Part shown: positions 15,823-24,435 of the stretch, one piece after another
Layout: every line of letters begins with the position of its first letter
Numbering within the stretch: the stretch's first letter is position 1
Assembly: GCA_016840065.1 (NCBI GenBank)
Contig: JAEOTB010000097.1
Location: 1 to 24,435, forward strand
Length of the DNA stretch: 24,435 nucleotides
Source: Candidatus Hermodarchaeota archaeon
GTDB lineage: Archaea > Asgardarchaeota > Hermodarchaeia > Hermodarchaeales > Hermodarchaeaceae
Reading direction: 5' to 3'
The notes under the pieces: generated by a model
Told to the model about the DNA's origin: nothing
Database searches by the model: none
Seen by the model: the letters and a program-made list of their open reading frames with translations, nothing else
Program-made: the position numbers and the translations under genes

Positions 15823-16572
15823 CTAGAATTTGACTGGGCAGATGGGTGGGAGCATGATTTTGTGTTCGTTATCCCGTATCCTTTGACGGAGCTGTTCGAT
15901 TTTCTCCTCTGAGAGCCCTTCGGGTGTAGAACCAGAAACAAGGGTATCGAGCTGATCATAGGTGGCACCCAACTCACCCTCATCAGTTTGGCCCCGAAAG
16001 AAACCAGCACTTGGGGCCTTTTGGATTATGTGGTCAGGAATCCTGTGAAATTCTGCGAGTTCCCTAACTTCCCTTTTGAGAAGTCCTCCCAGGGGAAGGA
16101 TGTCCACGCCTCCGTCACCAAACTTTGTGAAGTAGCCTAGGGCCAGTTCGGTTTTGTTTCCTGTGCCAACGACTAGTCTGTGTTGTAGATTTGCGATGAA
16201 GTAGAGGGTGACCATGCGAAACCTTGCCTTCATGTTACCAAGAACGATAGGGTCGACTTCCTCCTTAGAAACCCCAAGTGTATTAACAAGGGCGTTAAAG
16301 GCAGGTGTCAAATCATAAGTGGCTGTTTCGAGATTCAGCTTCTTAGCTACGAGTATAGCGTCTTCAACCGCATCTGAAGGTGTATCCCCACATGGGAGTA
16401 ACAGACCCAGTGTATAGCTTGTGATTCGACGGCACAGCGACGCAACAACGCTAGAGTCCACTCCTCCCGATAAGCCGAGTACAAAGCCCCTACAACCGCT
16501 TTCCTCCAGGTAGTCGCTAAGCCACTGCTCAATCGTTTGGGTTACTCTTGCCAAGGGAAGAAGTGCATTCAT
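15823..16572 (-). CDS. nadE: NH3-dependent NAD+ synthetase
   Basis: LGLSGGVDSS PP-loop, GNMKARFRM, GTGNKTE...GYFTKFGDGG, KAPSAG...QTDE.ELG. No glutaminase domain. Confidence 0.96.
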   Translation of the reverse strand: MNALLPLARVTQTIEQWLSDYLEESGCRGFVLGLSGGVDSSVVASLCRRITSYTLGLLLPCGDTPSDAVEDAILVAKKLNLETATYDLTPAFNALVNTLGVSKEEVDPIVLGNMKARFRMVTLYFIANLQHRLVVGTGNKTELALGYFTKFGDGGVDILPLGGLLKREVRELAEFHRIPDHIIQKAPSAGFFRGQTDEGELGATYDQLDTLVSGSTPEGLSEEKIEQLRQRIRDNEHKIMLPPICPVKF

Positions 16573-17489
16573 TCTGTGGAAGAACCTCCTTTATCTAGGG
16601 AGCCTGTGAAAGGTATGAGGTCAACAGATAGATCCAGCGCTTTTACTGAATGTGTGAGGACACCAGCTGATATAACATCTACACCTGTTGCAGCATAGTC
16701 GGCAACAGTGTCTATTGTGATATTGCCTGAGACCTCAATGATAGGTGGTTTTTTGAGACGGAGCCTCTTGATTGCCTTGACAACCTTTGAGACGAGCCCA
16801 GGCGTCATGTTATCCAAGAGGATTGCATCAGCACCTGCTTTTGCGGCTTTGACAGCGTCCTTTTGGGTGCATACCTCAATTTCGATGAGCTTGGTAAAAC
16901 TGACTTGTTGACGAACAGTCTTGATGGCTTCGGTGATATCTTCTGTGATGGTAAGATGGTTATCCTTAATCAGAACTGCGTCATCTAGTCGCCAACGATG
17001 AGGGTCACCGCCACCCGCTATAACCGCAAGTTTGTCGAAGACCCGGAGCAGTGGTGCAGTTTTTCTAGTCGCTGCAATCCGTACATTGGGGTTAGATTTC
17101 CTTGCTGCTTTAATCATTGCAGCGGTTAGTGATGCGATGCCACTCATACGCATCAAGAGGTTGAGAAGGGGACGCTCCAAAGCTAGTAAAGACGCCGCTG
17201 GACCTGGAACCTCAAGGATAGTTGAATCCCTTTCGATTGCTGTGCCATCGGATAGGTAGCGGACCACCTCGAAGCCTAATTTACCAAGAAACTCAGCTAC
17301 AATTTCTGTACCAGCCACTACTCCTGCTTGCCGGCTCACGAATCGAGCTTGGGCCCAATGATTTGAGGGTATCAGTGCTTGTGTTGTTATGTCACCAAAG
17401 CCCAAGTCTTCTTCTAGCATAGCATGAAGGTGGCGGATTAGCAGCTGTTTCTGAATCGGATTTAGAGGAAATCTATTGTCTTTGCCCAT
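16569..17489 (-). CDS. nadC: Nicotinate-nucleotide diphosphorylase (quinolinate phosphoribosyltransferase)
   Basis: EDLGFGDIT, ATRKTAP, HR..L.DAVLIKDNH, IEIEV, ILLDNM, EVSGNI. ATG at 17489 preferred over 17528. The stop overlaps the nadE start. Confidence 0.96.
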   Translation of the reverse strand: MGKDNRFPLNPIQKQLLIRHLHAMLEEDLGFGDITTQALIPSNHWAQARFVSRQAGVVAGTEIVAEFLGKLGFEVVRYLSDGTAIERDSTILEVPGPAASLLALERPLLNLLMRMSGIASLTAAMIKAARKSNPNVRIAATRKTAPLLRVFDKLAVIAGGGDPHRWRLDDAVLIKDNHLTITEDITEAIKTVRQQVSFTKLIEIEVCTQKDAVKAAKAGADAILLDNMTPGLVSKVVKAIKRLRLKKPPIIEVSGNITIDTVADYAATGVDVISAGVLTHSVKALDLSVDLIPFTGSLDKGGSSTE

Positions 17490-17550
17490 GCGTATCCACT
17501 CACATCTAGTCTGGTTTTGTAACATCAAAAGGCTTGTGTAGCGACCTAAT

Positions 17551-18474
17551 TCATTGTGTTAGGTCTAGCATTCGTTGTAGCGCGGACCTAGCTCGCTTAG
17601 CTATGGGTTCGGACACGGTAACGACATGTTGTCCTTCTAAAAGGCTAGCTTTCACTTTCTCTAGGGTGATTTTCTTCATGGCTTTGCATCGGGCGTGGCT
17701 GAGGGCAGGAATGAAGGTTTTTCCGGGAATCTCTCTACGCATCCTAGTCACCAGATCGACTTCTGTCGCTATGATGAAGGTGTCGGCTGGGCTATCGCGA
17801 GCATATTTGATCATTTGGCTAGTTGAACCGATGTAGTCAGCTAATTCCTGGATTTTGGGTCCACATTCCGGGTGAACCAGAAACAAGGCATCTGGGTTCT
17901 CCCATAGGAGCTGGGGGAGTTCAGGGGAGAAGGAGAAAGTGACGTGGACGTGACAGAATCCATGTTTAGGTATGGGAATTACCTGCTTTCCACAAGTTTT
18001 CTGTGCATAATATGCGAGGTTGGCGTCTGGACCAAGGATGACAGTGTCGCCTTCTAGTTGGTTGATGATCTGGCAGAGGTTAGAAGAAGTACAGGTTACA
18101 TCTGCTTCAGCCTTTGCTTCTGCGGTTGTGTTCACATAGAGTACTACTGGAACTCCTGGGTACTTGGCTTTGGCTTCACGGATTTGTTTCGCGGATAGCT
18201 GTGCAGCCATTGGGCAGCGGGCTTTCGGTTCAGGGATTAACACTCTCTTCTGTGGGTTTAGGATAGCTGCTATCTCTGCCATGAACCACACACCGCAGAA
18301 GAGGATGATATCTGCGTCAACTTTCTGGGCTTGTCGACTGAGACCAAAGCTGTCACCGACATAGTCGGCGATTTCCTGGATTTCAGAAATCTGGTAGTTA
18401 TGTGACAGGATTACGGCATTGCGCTCCTGGGCTAGTTTTCGTATTTCCTTCTGCAGAGCCTTCACCGAATCCAT
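17551..18474 (-). CDS. nadA: Quinolinate synthase A
   Basis: SHNYQ, GDSFGLS, FCGVWFMAE, CPMA, YVNT, CTSSN, PDANL, GFCHVH, VHPEC and C..MKKITLE; three Fe-S cysteines. Confidence 0.96.
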   Translation of the reverse strand: MDSVKALQKEIRKLAQERNAVILSHNYQISEIQEIADYVGDSFGLSRQAQKVDADIILFCGVWFMAEIAAILNPQKRVLIPEPKARCPMAAQLSAKQIREAKAKYPGVPVVLYVNTTAEAKAEADVTCTSSNLCQIINQLEGDTVILGPDANLAYYAQKTCGKQVIPIPKHGFCHVHVTFSFSPELPQLLWENPDALFLVHPECGPKIQELADYIGSTSQMIKYARDSPADTFIIATEVDLVTRMRREIPGKTFIPALSHARCKAMKKITLEKVKASLLEGQHVVTVSEPIAKRARSALQRMLDLTQ

Positions 18475-18690
18475 CAGTTGTCTGTCTCCTCATCGCGTTG
18501 CATTCAGTTCGATAGTATTGAGAACCTGTGAACCGCTTCATTTTACCTTTTAGCTTTTCCTACTTTGTTCAAATTTTACCCAAGCATGTGAAATGACAAC
18601 TGCATCTTTTCCCGTTGGGGTCTGCCTTACAGAAACTATTTGTGTTCATAGAGCACATGCTAGTTGTAACGATATCGAGGGAGTTTTCAA

Positions 18691-19251
18691 ATGCCAAAAC
18701 AATCAAGGTCTCAAGAAAAAGACATGTTCAATGTAGATCGTCTCTTCTCTGCAATGACTACTGCTACTCTTGTTCTTGAGATACTCGCATTAATCGTACT
18801 CGTTGCTGCAGGGGTTGGATACCTGCTAGTTTTGACCGGTTACTATGATCTCATAATCACTAGCCTTGACCTTACGGTTCTTGTGTTTCTTTTTGGGGGC
18901 GGAATCACCTTCTTTGTCCTCATCGGCTTCCTAGGATTCTTCCTGCGAATCCATAAAGGAGTAAAGCGTTTCGTGTTAGGTGATGGCGTCGGTCATGTTG
19001 TAACGGCTAGCCGGGAGGGAAGAACCATACTGATTCTTTACGCTGGTTCAATCCTCTTCTTCTTCATCGCCAGTGGTTATGGGTTCTATCTGCTATGGAA
19101 ATACTATGTCAAAATTATCTTTGTGACCGAGTCTATCTTTGTACCCTTAATAATCGCGGCTGTTGGGTTAATCGTTACATGTCTTGTGGCACAGGTTATC
19201 TCTGCTGGTGTGAGCCGCTATGCCGCCCGCGTCGCCCGAGACATCCAGTAA
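18691..19251 (+). CDS. Hypothetical 4-TM membrane protein
   Basis: Four long hydrophobic helices, GAGGGAG SD, divergent from nadA. Confidence 0.75.
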   Translation: MPKQSRSQEKDMFNVDRLFSAMTTATLVLEILALIVLVAAGVGYLLVLTGYYDLIITSLDLTVLVFLFGGGITFFVLIGFLGFFLRIHKGVKRFVLGDGVGHVVTASREGRTILILYAGSILFFFIASGYGFYLLWKYYVKIIFVTESIFVPLIIAAVGLIVTCLVAQVISAGVSRYAARVARDIQ

Positions 19252-19356
19252 GAAGGATTGAAGTTGAAAGAGTTAAAAGGCGAGAGCCCGAAGGAAGCTA
19301 CAATAAACTGACTCTTGTATTAGAGTCCCTAGTGGAGAAGAAGGAGAAACTAAAGT

Positions 19357-19965
19357 ATGCCGCTTCGAATTTTCTTCAAATCTTGGCGTATCGCATTTCG
19401 AACAAAGAAACGATTCATCGCATTCACCTTAATGTATTCCATTCTGTTGTTCTTGATAGCTCAAATCGTTAAGACCTGGATGGGTAATTTCGCTGAAGAC
19501 CCATATTCACCGTTAACTGTTAATGCTATGGGCAACTTCCTTTATGCTCTAGCGGGGGGTGCTGTCCTGGGATTGTGTATTGCGTGGATTCTTGCTCATA
19601 GTCGACGAGATGACATCTCTATCCTCAAGTGTATCGGCTGGGGCAATCACAACATACGAGAACTAGTGTTAGGTGAGATCGTATTCGTAACCGGTGCAGC
19701 ATTAGTTGCACTCACATTGATTGCCATTGGCATGTCAGGTATATGGTACACAACCTATGCTGGCCTAGTCAACACAATCACTCCCGATAACCCCTTTGAG
19801 GGTTACGTCCCAGCTCACCCCTGGCTCAACTTCTGGGTCGTTCCACCCGTACACATGTGGATTGCCTTCGCCACTGTGATGGCTTCGCAAATCCCTGGAA
19901 TCATAGTGCTGATGTGGCGTGTTCTCCGAATTAGCCCCATGCGTGCACTTCGCCGCACCGAGTAA
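19357..19965 (+). CDS. FtsX/MacB-like ABC permease, minimal form
   Basis: SRRDDISILKCIGWGN..IRELVLGE and terminal RISPMRALR are FtsX-family signatures. Confidence 0.85.
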   Translation: MPLRIFFKSWRIAFRTKKRFIAFTLMYSILLFLIAQIVKTWMGNFAEDPYSPLTVNAMGNFLYALAGGAVLGLCIAWILAHSRRDDISILKCIGWGNHNIRELVLGEIVFVTGAALVALTLIAIGMSGIWYTTYAGLVNTITPDNPFEGYVPAHPWLNFWVVPPVHMWIAFATVMASQIPGIIVLMWRVLRISPMRALRRTE

Positions 19966-19976
19966 ACTGAGAGGAA

Positions 19977-20678
19977 GTGAAAAGACAAATGGTTGATGAA
20001 ATTATTGTTGCACAAAACGTTGAGAAGGAATACAAGCGCGGAAGAGAGAGTGTACACGCTCTCCGGAACATTCAGCTGACCATCAAGGCTGGCGAGTTCA
20101 TCATCATCGAGGGGCGGAGTGGCTGTGGAAAATCCACTCTGCTTAATGTCCTCTCAGGTCTAGAGCGCCCCACAAGTGGTCGGGTTATCCTTAACCAGTT
20201 GGACATAACCATAGTTGATGAGAGGATTCTGCCTAAATTCCGGCGAGAGAATGTTGGGTTCATCTTCCAGCTATTCAACCTGCTACCAACACTAACAGTC
20301 TTTGAAAATGTAGCCGCAGCTCTGTGGCCAACCAAGTTTGACAGCAGTGAGATTGAGCAGCGGGTTATGGAGGAAATTAGGTCCGTTGACCTAGTTGAGC
20401 GAAAGGACCACCTTCCACGTCAGCTCTCTGGTGGTGAACAGCAGCGTACTGCTATTGCTCGAGCCCTTGTCGGTAAACCCAAGGTCATCTTTGCAGATGA
20501 GCCTACTGGTAACCTCGACAGTAAAACTGGCGAGACAATTATGCAGCTCCTAAAGACCTTGAACAAGCGGGAGAAGGTCACACTCATCTTGGTGACCCAC
20601 GATAAAGGACTCGTGAAATTCGCTGACAGACACTTCACCATGAGTGACGGTGCGCTACAGTCGAGACGGTCGCAATAG
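19977..20678 (+). CDS. ABC transporter ATP-binding protein (LolD/MacB type)
   Basis: GRSGCGKST Walker [34 protein letters not shown]. Confidence 0.95.
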   Translation: MKRQMVDEIIVAQNVEKEYKRGRESVHALRNIQLTIKAGEFIIIEGRSGCGKSTLLNVLSGLERPTSGRVILNQLDITIVDERILPKFRRENVGFIFQLFNLLPTLTVFENVAAALWPTKFDSSEIEQRVMEEIRSVDLVERKDHLPRQLSGGEQQRTAIARALVGKPKVIFADEPTGNLDSKTGETIMQLLKTLNKREKVTLILVTHDKGLVKFADRHFTMSDGALQSRRSQ

Positions 20679-20842
20679 GTGTAGGATCCGCTGGCAGTGG
20701 ATGAAAATTCTGGCTGCCATTCTGATACTAGGTCACCCTAGTGGATTCTATCTCAAGTCTCAATAGTGACACGGTTGCCATAAAGAAGCACACAATAAAT
20801 GGCCCTGAAGGCTACATGCACCCAGCAACATGAGGAATTGCA

Positions 20843-21529
20843 ATGAGTGCTGATGAACTACGTGATCAAGGTATCCAGCATTTTGATGACGAAGAATATC
20901 CAGAAGCTATCGAATCCCTACGCAGGGCAACGGAACTCGAACCGGACGACTTTCGCAACTGGTACTGGCTGGGTAAGACCTATAATCGCATCGAGGATTA
21001 CACCCAGGCCATAGAATGCCTACGAAAAGCCGCCGACCTCGAACCCGACAGTGACCTTCACTGGCACTGGTTGGGTAGTTCTTATCACATGAATGAGGAG
21101 TATGCTCAGGCCATAGAATGCCTACGAAAAGCCATCACCCTTGACCCCAAAGCAGAACTCAACTGGGTCTGGTTGGGAATCGCTTACTGCAAAAATAAGG
21201 AGTATGCTCAGGCCATAGAATGCCTACGAAAAGCCATCACCCTCCGTCCTTCCAGAGACCGTACCTGGTACTGGCTAGGATTAACCTACTTTGAAACCAA
21301 AGAATACCTCCAAGCAATCGAAAGTCTCCTCAAAGCCACAGAACTCAACCCAGACTTTGACCTCAACTTTTACTGGTTAGGACGCGCCTATCTAGAGGGT
21401 ATGGAGTTCAGTAAAGCGGTTGACGCTTTCCGTCGAGCTCTGGAAATCGACCCTGAATCCGAATCAGCGAAGACGTATCTTCGATTGGCAGAGGAAGCAT
21501 TGAAGGCAAAACAGGCAGCGGACGCCTAG
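20843..21529 (+). CDS. Tetratricopeptide-repeat protein (6 TPRs)
   Basis: 34-aa periodic W.WLG..Y....Y.QAIE.L.KA..L.P units. Confidence 0.92.
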   Translation: MSADELRDQGIQHFDDEEYPEAIESLRRATELEPDDFRNWYWLGKTYNRIEDYTQAIECLRKAADLEPDSDLHWHWLGSSYHMNEEYAQAIECLRKAITLDPKAELNWVWLGIAYCKNKEYAQAIECLRKAITLRPSRDRTWYWLGLTYFETKEYLQAIESLLKATELNPDFDLNFYWLGRAYLEGMEFSKAVDAFRRALEIDPESESAKTYLRLAEEALKAKQAADA

Positions 21530-21557
21530 TGTCAACTAGTGAAGACAAGTAACTGAT

Positions 21558-21596
21558 AAAAAAGGGTTGAAGAGGGGAGGCGCCTTGCCACCCCTC
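21558..21596 (-). terminator. Probable hairpin plus T-tract terminator between the convergent TPR and dodecin genes
   Basis: GAGGGG...CCCCTC stem with A6 on the + strand (T6 on the - strand). Confidence 0.5.
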
Positions 21597-21652
21597 GCTC
21601 AAGACGGAGAACGTCTGGTTCTGGCTAGCTATTCACTACGAACTGGTAGTGA

Positions 21653-21868
21653 TTAGCCGAGGTCCTCTTCCTCGATCCGGAAGGCAACCTTCACGGTAGC
21701 CCGGAAAACGGTGATTTTTCCGTCCTTGACCTTGCCCGTCATCGATTTGACATCGACACCGATTAGGTTCCGAAGCGAGGCAGAGGCGATGCTCACTGCC
21801 TTCTGGCAGGCATCCTCCCAGCTCTTGGTCGACTCGCCGATAATTTCAATAACTTTGACCACTGTCAA
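21653..21868 (-). CDS. Dodecin family protein, copy 1
   Basis: VVKVIEIIGES.KSWEDA...AV...LRNL...VKVAF. TTG at 21868 after a GGTGA SD aligns with the other copies. Confidence 0.9.
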   Translation of the reverse strand: MTVVKVIEIIGESTKSWEDACQKAVSIASASLRNLIGVDVKSMTGKVKDGKITVFRATVKVAFRIEEEDLG

Positions 21869-22005
21869 TTTATTCACCAAGTGATGTTATGATTCTCTCC
21901 GCCTTTCTGATATTCTCAGCTTAAACTTTTCTCTTGCTACGCCTAGCCGAGTTAGACCAAGGCATAGTCTAGTAAAGGGTGCGTGTTGCAAGGGGAGAGA
22001 GGAAT

Positions 22006-22209
22006 CTAGCTTTCGAATTTGAACGCGATTTTAACCGTTGAGCGATACTTGACGATTTTGCCATCCTTAATCGTGGCAGTCATACTCACGACATCAATGC
22101 CGACGAGGCCCCGTAGGGTTTTCGTCGCGGTCTTTACGGCGTTCTTGGCTGCGTCCTCCCAGCTCTTAGTCGACTCACCGATGATTTCAATTACTTTTAT
22201 TACAGACAC
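22006..22209 (-). CDS. Dodecin family protein, copy 2
   Basis: Same motifs; GGTGA SD. Confidence 0.9.
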   Translation of the reverse strand: MSVIKVIEIIGESTKSWEDAAKNAVKTATKTLRGLVGIDVVSMTATIKDGKIVKYRSTVKIAFKFES

Positions 22210-22300
22210 TTTATTTCACCAAAGAGGGGTCTTCGGTTCTCCCCCGCTAATCGGTTGGCTTCCAGCTTAAGCCTTTCCATACCTAGACGATGATTTGTAG

Positions 22301-22335
22301 AAAAAGGAAGAGTAGGAGGCGGACATGCGCCTCCT
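22301..22335 (-). terminator. Hairpin plus T-tract terminator of dodecin copy 3
   Basis: AGGAGGCG-gacatg-CGCCTCCT with A5 upstream on the + strand. Confidence 0.65.
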
Positions 22336-22371
22336 CCTTGGAAAGAGGGAATGATGCCCTAGCCGTGGGAG

Positions 22372-22587
22372 CTAGCCGAGTTTCGATTCTTCGATGCGGA
22401 AAGCCACTTTCACTGTCGTTCGGTACTGGACGATCTTGTCATCCTTGATTGACCCTGTCATGCTGACAACATCAACACCGATTAGATTCCTCAGAGACTT
22501 CCGAGCAACCTTGACGGCGTTCTGGGCGGCTTCTTCCCAAGACTTTGTGGACTCGCCGATAATCTCAATCACTTTGACAACTGTCAA
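22372..22587 (-). CDS. Dodecin family protein, copy 3
   Basis: Same motifs. Confidence 0.9.
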   Translation of the reverse strand: MTVVKVIEIIGESTKSWEEAAQNAVKVARKSLRNLIGVDVVSMTGSIKDDKIVQYRTTVKVAFRIEESKLG

Positions 22588-22798
22588 TATTCACACCAAG
22601 AACTGTTAGGTTATTGTAGTCATCCTTTCTGCTGGTTTTCAGCTTAAACCTTTCCTACCAGCAGCCCCGTACAGGAAAGGGGGTTTACAAATGCAAACCC
22701 AACACAAGGAGAGCGTTTTTAAAGAGAACACCATCCATCGACAAACACCTCAAAGACACACCATTATGGGAATTACGTAATTTCCGAGGTTAATCAAA

Positions 22799-24406
22799 AT
22801 GGGTGATTTATCAGATAAGGGATTAAACTCACGTACCTCAGCCGGCACAGCTATCCGGCTTGGTCGTGACCCGAACCCGCAGAGCGGCATGTGCAGCATC
22901 TGCATCAGAGACTGCAAAGTCATGTGCACGATCAGCAAGGCTGCTTTTCGAGGCCATGAAGTTATCTACCCCGAGCCCCAAGCCTTCGGCGCATCAACCG
23001 CCTCCGGCAACAAGGACTACGGCATCGACTGGTCACACTTCCAGCTGATGGCATCACTCCAGGGAGCAGAGGGCATCGCAGCAGACTCAGACAAGGCACT
23101 CTTCACCAAAGTCGACACCAGCACTGTAGCAGGTGGCGTACTATTGAAGGTCCCCATCGTCATCCCCGGTCTCGGTTCAACAGCCGTCGCCAAGAGGAAC
23201 TGGGAAGGTCTCAGCATGGGGGCATCACTAATCGGTGCAATGCAAGTCGTCGGTGAGAACGTCTGCGGCATGGACGGCAAGAGCAAGTTCACAGGCACCG
23301 GACGCAAGACGAAGGTAACCTCATCGCCTGACATGAAGTTCCGGATAGACTCCTTCCGTAAATTCTGGGACGGAAAACACGGCACTATCGTGGTCCAGAC
23401 AAACGTCGAAGACCAGCGACTCGGCGTCGACGAATACGTCATCTCCAAGCTAGACGTCACTGACATCGAACGTAAATGGGGACAAGGCGCAAAAGCCATC
23501 GGCGGAGAAGTACGCCTCACAACCCTAGAGCGTGCTAAACTGCTCCACAAACGAGGTTACGTCGTCCTCCCCGACCCTACCGACCCTAAAGTCGCCGAGG
23601 CCTTCAAGGATGGCGTCTTCCAAAGCTTCGAACGTCACAGCCGCGTCGGCATGCCAGAGCATCCCGGCATGATGGAAGACTTTGACTGGCTTCGAGACCG
23701 AGGCGCCAAACGTCTCTTCCTCAAGACAGGTGCCTACCGACCCGAAGCAGTAGCCTTCACACTAAAAGTCGCATCAGACGCCAAGGTCGACATGATGACC
23801 TTCGACGGCGCAGGCGGCGGAACAGGCATGAGCCCTATCCCCCACATGTGTGATCTGTCAACTCCGACCATTTACCTGTTTGCTCAGGTGTTGAAGGGTT
23901 GTGAGATCTTGAAGAAGAAGGGTCGTCATGTGCCTGACCTAGCTATTGCTGGTGGTATGATTGCTGAATCGCAGATGGTCAAGGCTTTTGCCATGTCCAA
24001 CCTTGGCGAAGGCCCGATTGTGAAAGCAATTGGTATGGCTCGTTCACCCCTTACAGCAGCCATGAAGTCAGACTACTTCGTGCAGTTGGCTAAAGAAGGT
24101 GGACTTCCGAAGAGCTTTGTCAAAGAGTATGGTGATGACCCTGAGAAGTTCTTCATCGCCACCACCGAGTTGAAGCAAAAACTTGGTGAGCGCTATGATA
24201 GCTATCCGAAGCCGGCGATTGGTGTTTACACCTACTTCCATAAGCTTCAGGTGGGTATGCAGCAGCTAATGGCGGGTATGCGTAAGTGGAAGGTAGACTT
24301 GCTTGACCGTGATGGTCTGGCGTCTCTTTCTCCGCTGGCTGAAGAGGTCACGGGTATTCCGATGCCCCACCGAGACGTTGAGGATATTCTCGAGCGGATT
24401 CTATAG
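22799..24406 (+). CDS. FMN-binding glutamate synthase family protein (stand-alone archaeal-type large-subunit domain)
   Basis: KWGQGAKAIGGEV, LKTGAY, DGAGGGTGMSP and AIAGG motifs. N-terminal SGMCSICIRDCKVMC putative Fe-S motif. GAGGT SD. Confidence 0.88.
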   Translation: MGDLSDKGLNSRTSAGTAIRLGRDPNPQSGMCSICIRDCKVMCTISKAAFRGHEVIYPEPQAFGASTASGNKDYGIDWSHFQLMASLQGAEGIAADSDKALFTKVDTSTVAGGVLLKVPIVIPGLGSTAVAKRNWEGLSMGASLIGAMQVVGENVCGMDGKSKFTGTGRKTKVTSSPDMKFRIDSFRKFWDGKHGTIVVQTNVEDQRLGVDEYVISKLDVTDIERKWGQGAKAIGGEVRLTTLERAKLLHKRGYVVLPDPTDPKVAEAFKDGVFQSFERHSRVGMPEHPGMMEDFDWLRDRGAKRLFLKTGAYRPEAVAFTLKVASDAKVDMMTFDGAGGGTGMSPIPHMCDLSTPTIYLFAQVLKGCEILKKKGRHVPDLAIAGGMIAESQMVKAFAMSNLGEGPIVKAIGMARSPLTAAMKSDYFVQLAKEGGLPKSFVKEYGDDPEKFFIATTELKQKLGERYDSYPKPAIGVYTYFHKLQVGMQQLMAGMRKWKVDLLDRDGLASLSPLAEEVTGIPMPHRDVEDILERIL

Positions 24407-24435
24407 CGGTTCGTTCCTATAGGCTGAGGCCCCGC

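Noticed and set aside
18641-18657. NrtR-type NAD-regulon operator (TGTGTTC-ATA-GAGCACA)
   Set aside because: It does not match the GT-N7-AC spacing, occurs once, and lies closer to the divergent membrane gene than to nadA.
22769-22785. NrpR operator upstream of the glutamate-synthase-family gene
   Set aside because: The NrpR consensus is GGAA-N6-TTCC; the spacing here is N9.
1064-23550. Short overlapping or antisense ORFs in the six-frame track (e.g. 4235..4630, 10062..10445, 19095..19472, 23017..23550)
   Set aside because: They overlap better-supported genes or regulatory elements and lack recognisable motifs; treated as shadow ORFs.

Overview
Archaeal chromosomal window, probably Asgard-like (inferred from TATA/BRE promoters, GGAGG/GGTGA Shine-Dalgarno motifs, a TackOD1-like domain and a RING/winged-helix protein). 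The main finding is at 240-4351: five direct copies of a bipartite ~50-bp repeat. Each has an invariant 22-bp core TTCTAAGGACTGCTCTATCCCG, a 10-14-nt variable linker and a GGTRYTGGGGTG..CACT arm. The copies partition the DNA into four 0.75-1.5-kb units, each holding one or two complete genes in either orientation. This resembles a gene-cassette array, but the sites are neither canonical integron attC sites nor CRISPR repeats, and no recombinase is visible in the window, although a divergent ORF runs off the left edge. After the array come an HTH regulator with three membrane-protein genes, an M28 peptidase, a TackOD1-Lrp/AsnC fusion and a HEAT-repeat protein. These are followed by four tandem, apparently mosaic cell-surface protein paralogs with conserved leader and terminator hairpins. 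The rest of the window holds a DUF2085 protein, nadA-nadC-nadE, a minimal LolD/FtsX-type ABC module, a TPR protein, three tandem dodecin-family genes lacking the flavin-stacking Trp, and an FMN-binding glutamate-synthase-family gene. All family calls come from motif recognition by eye; no database searches were run.
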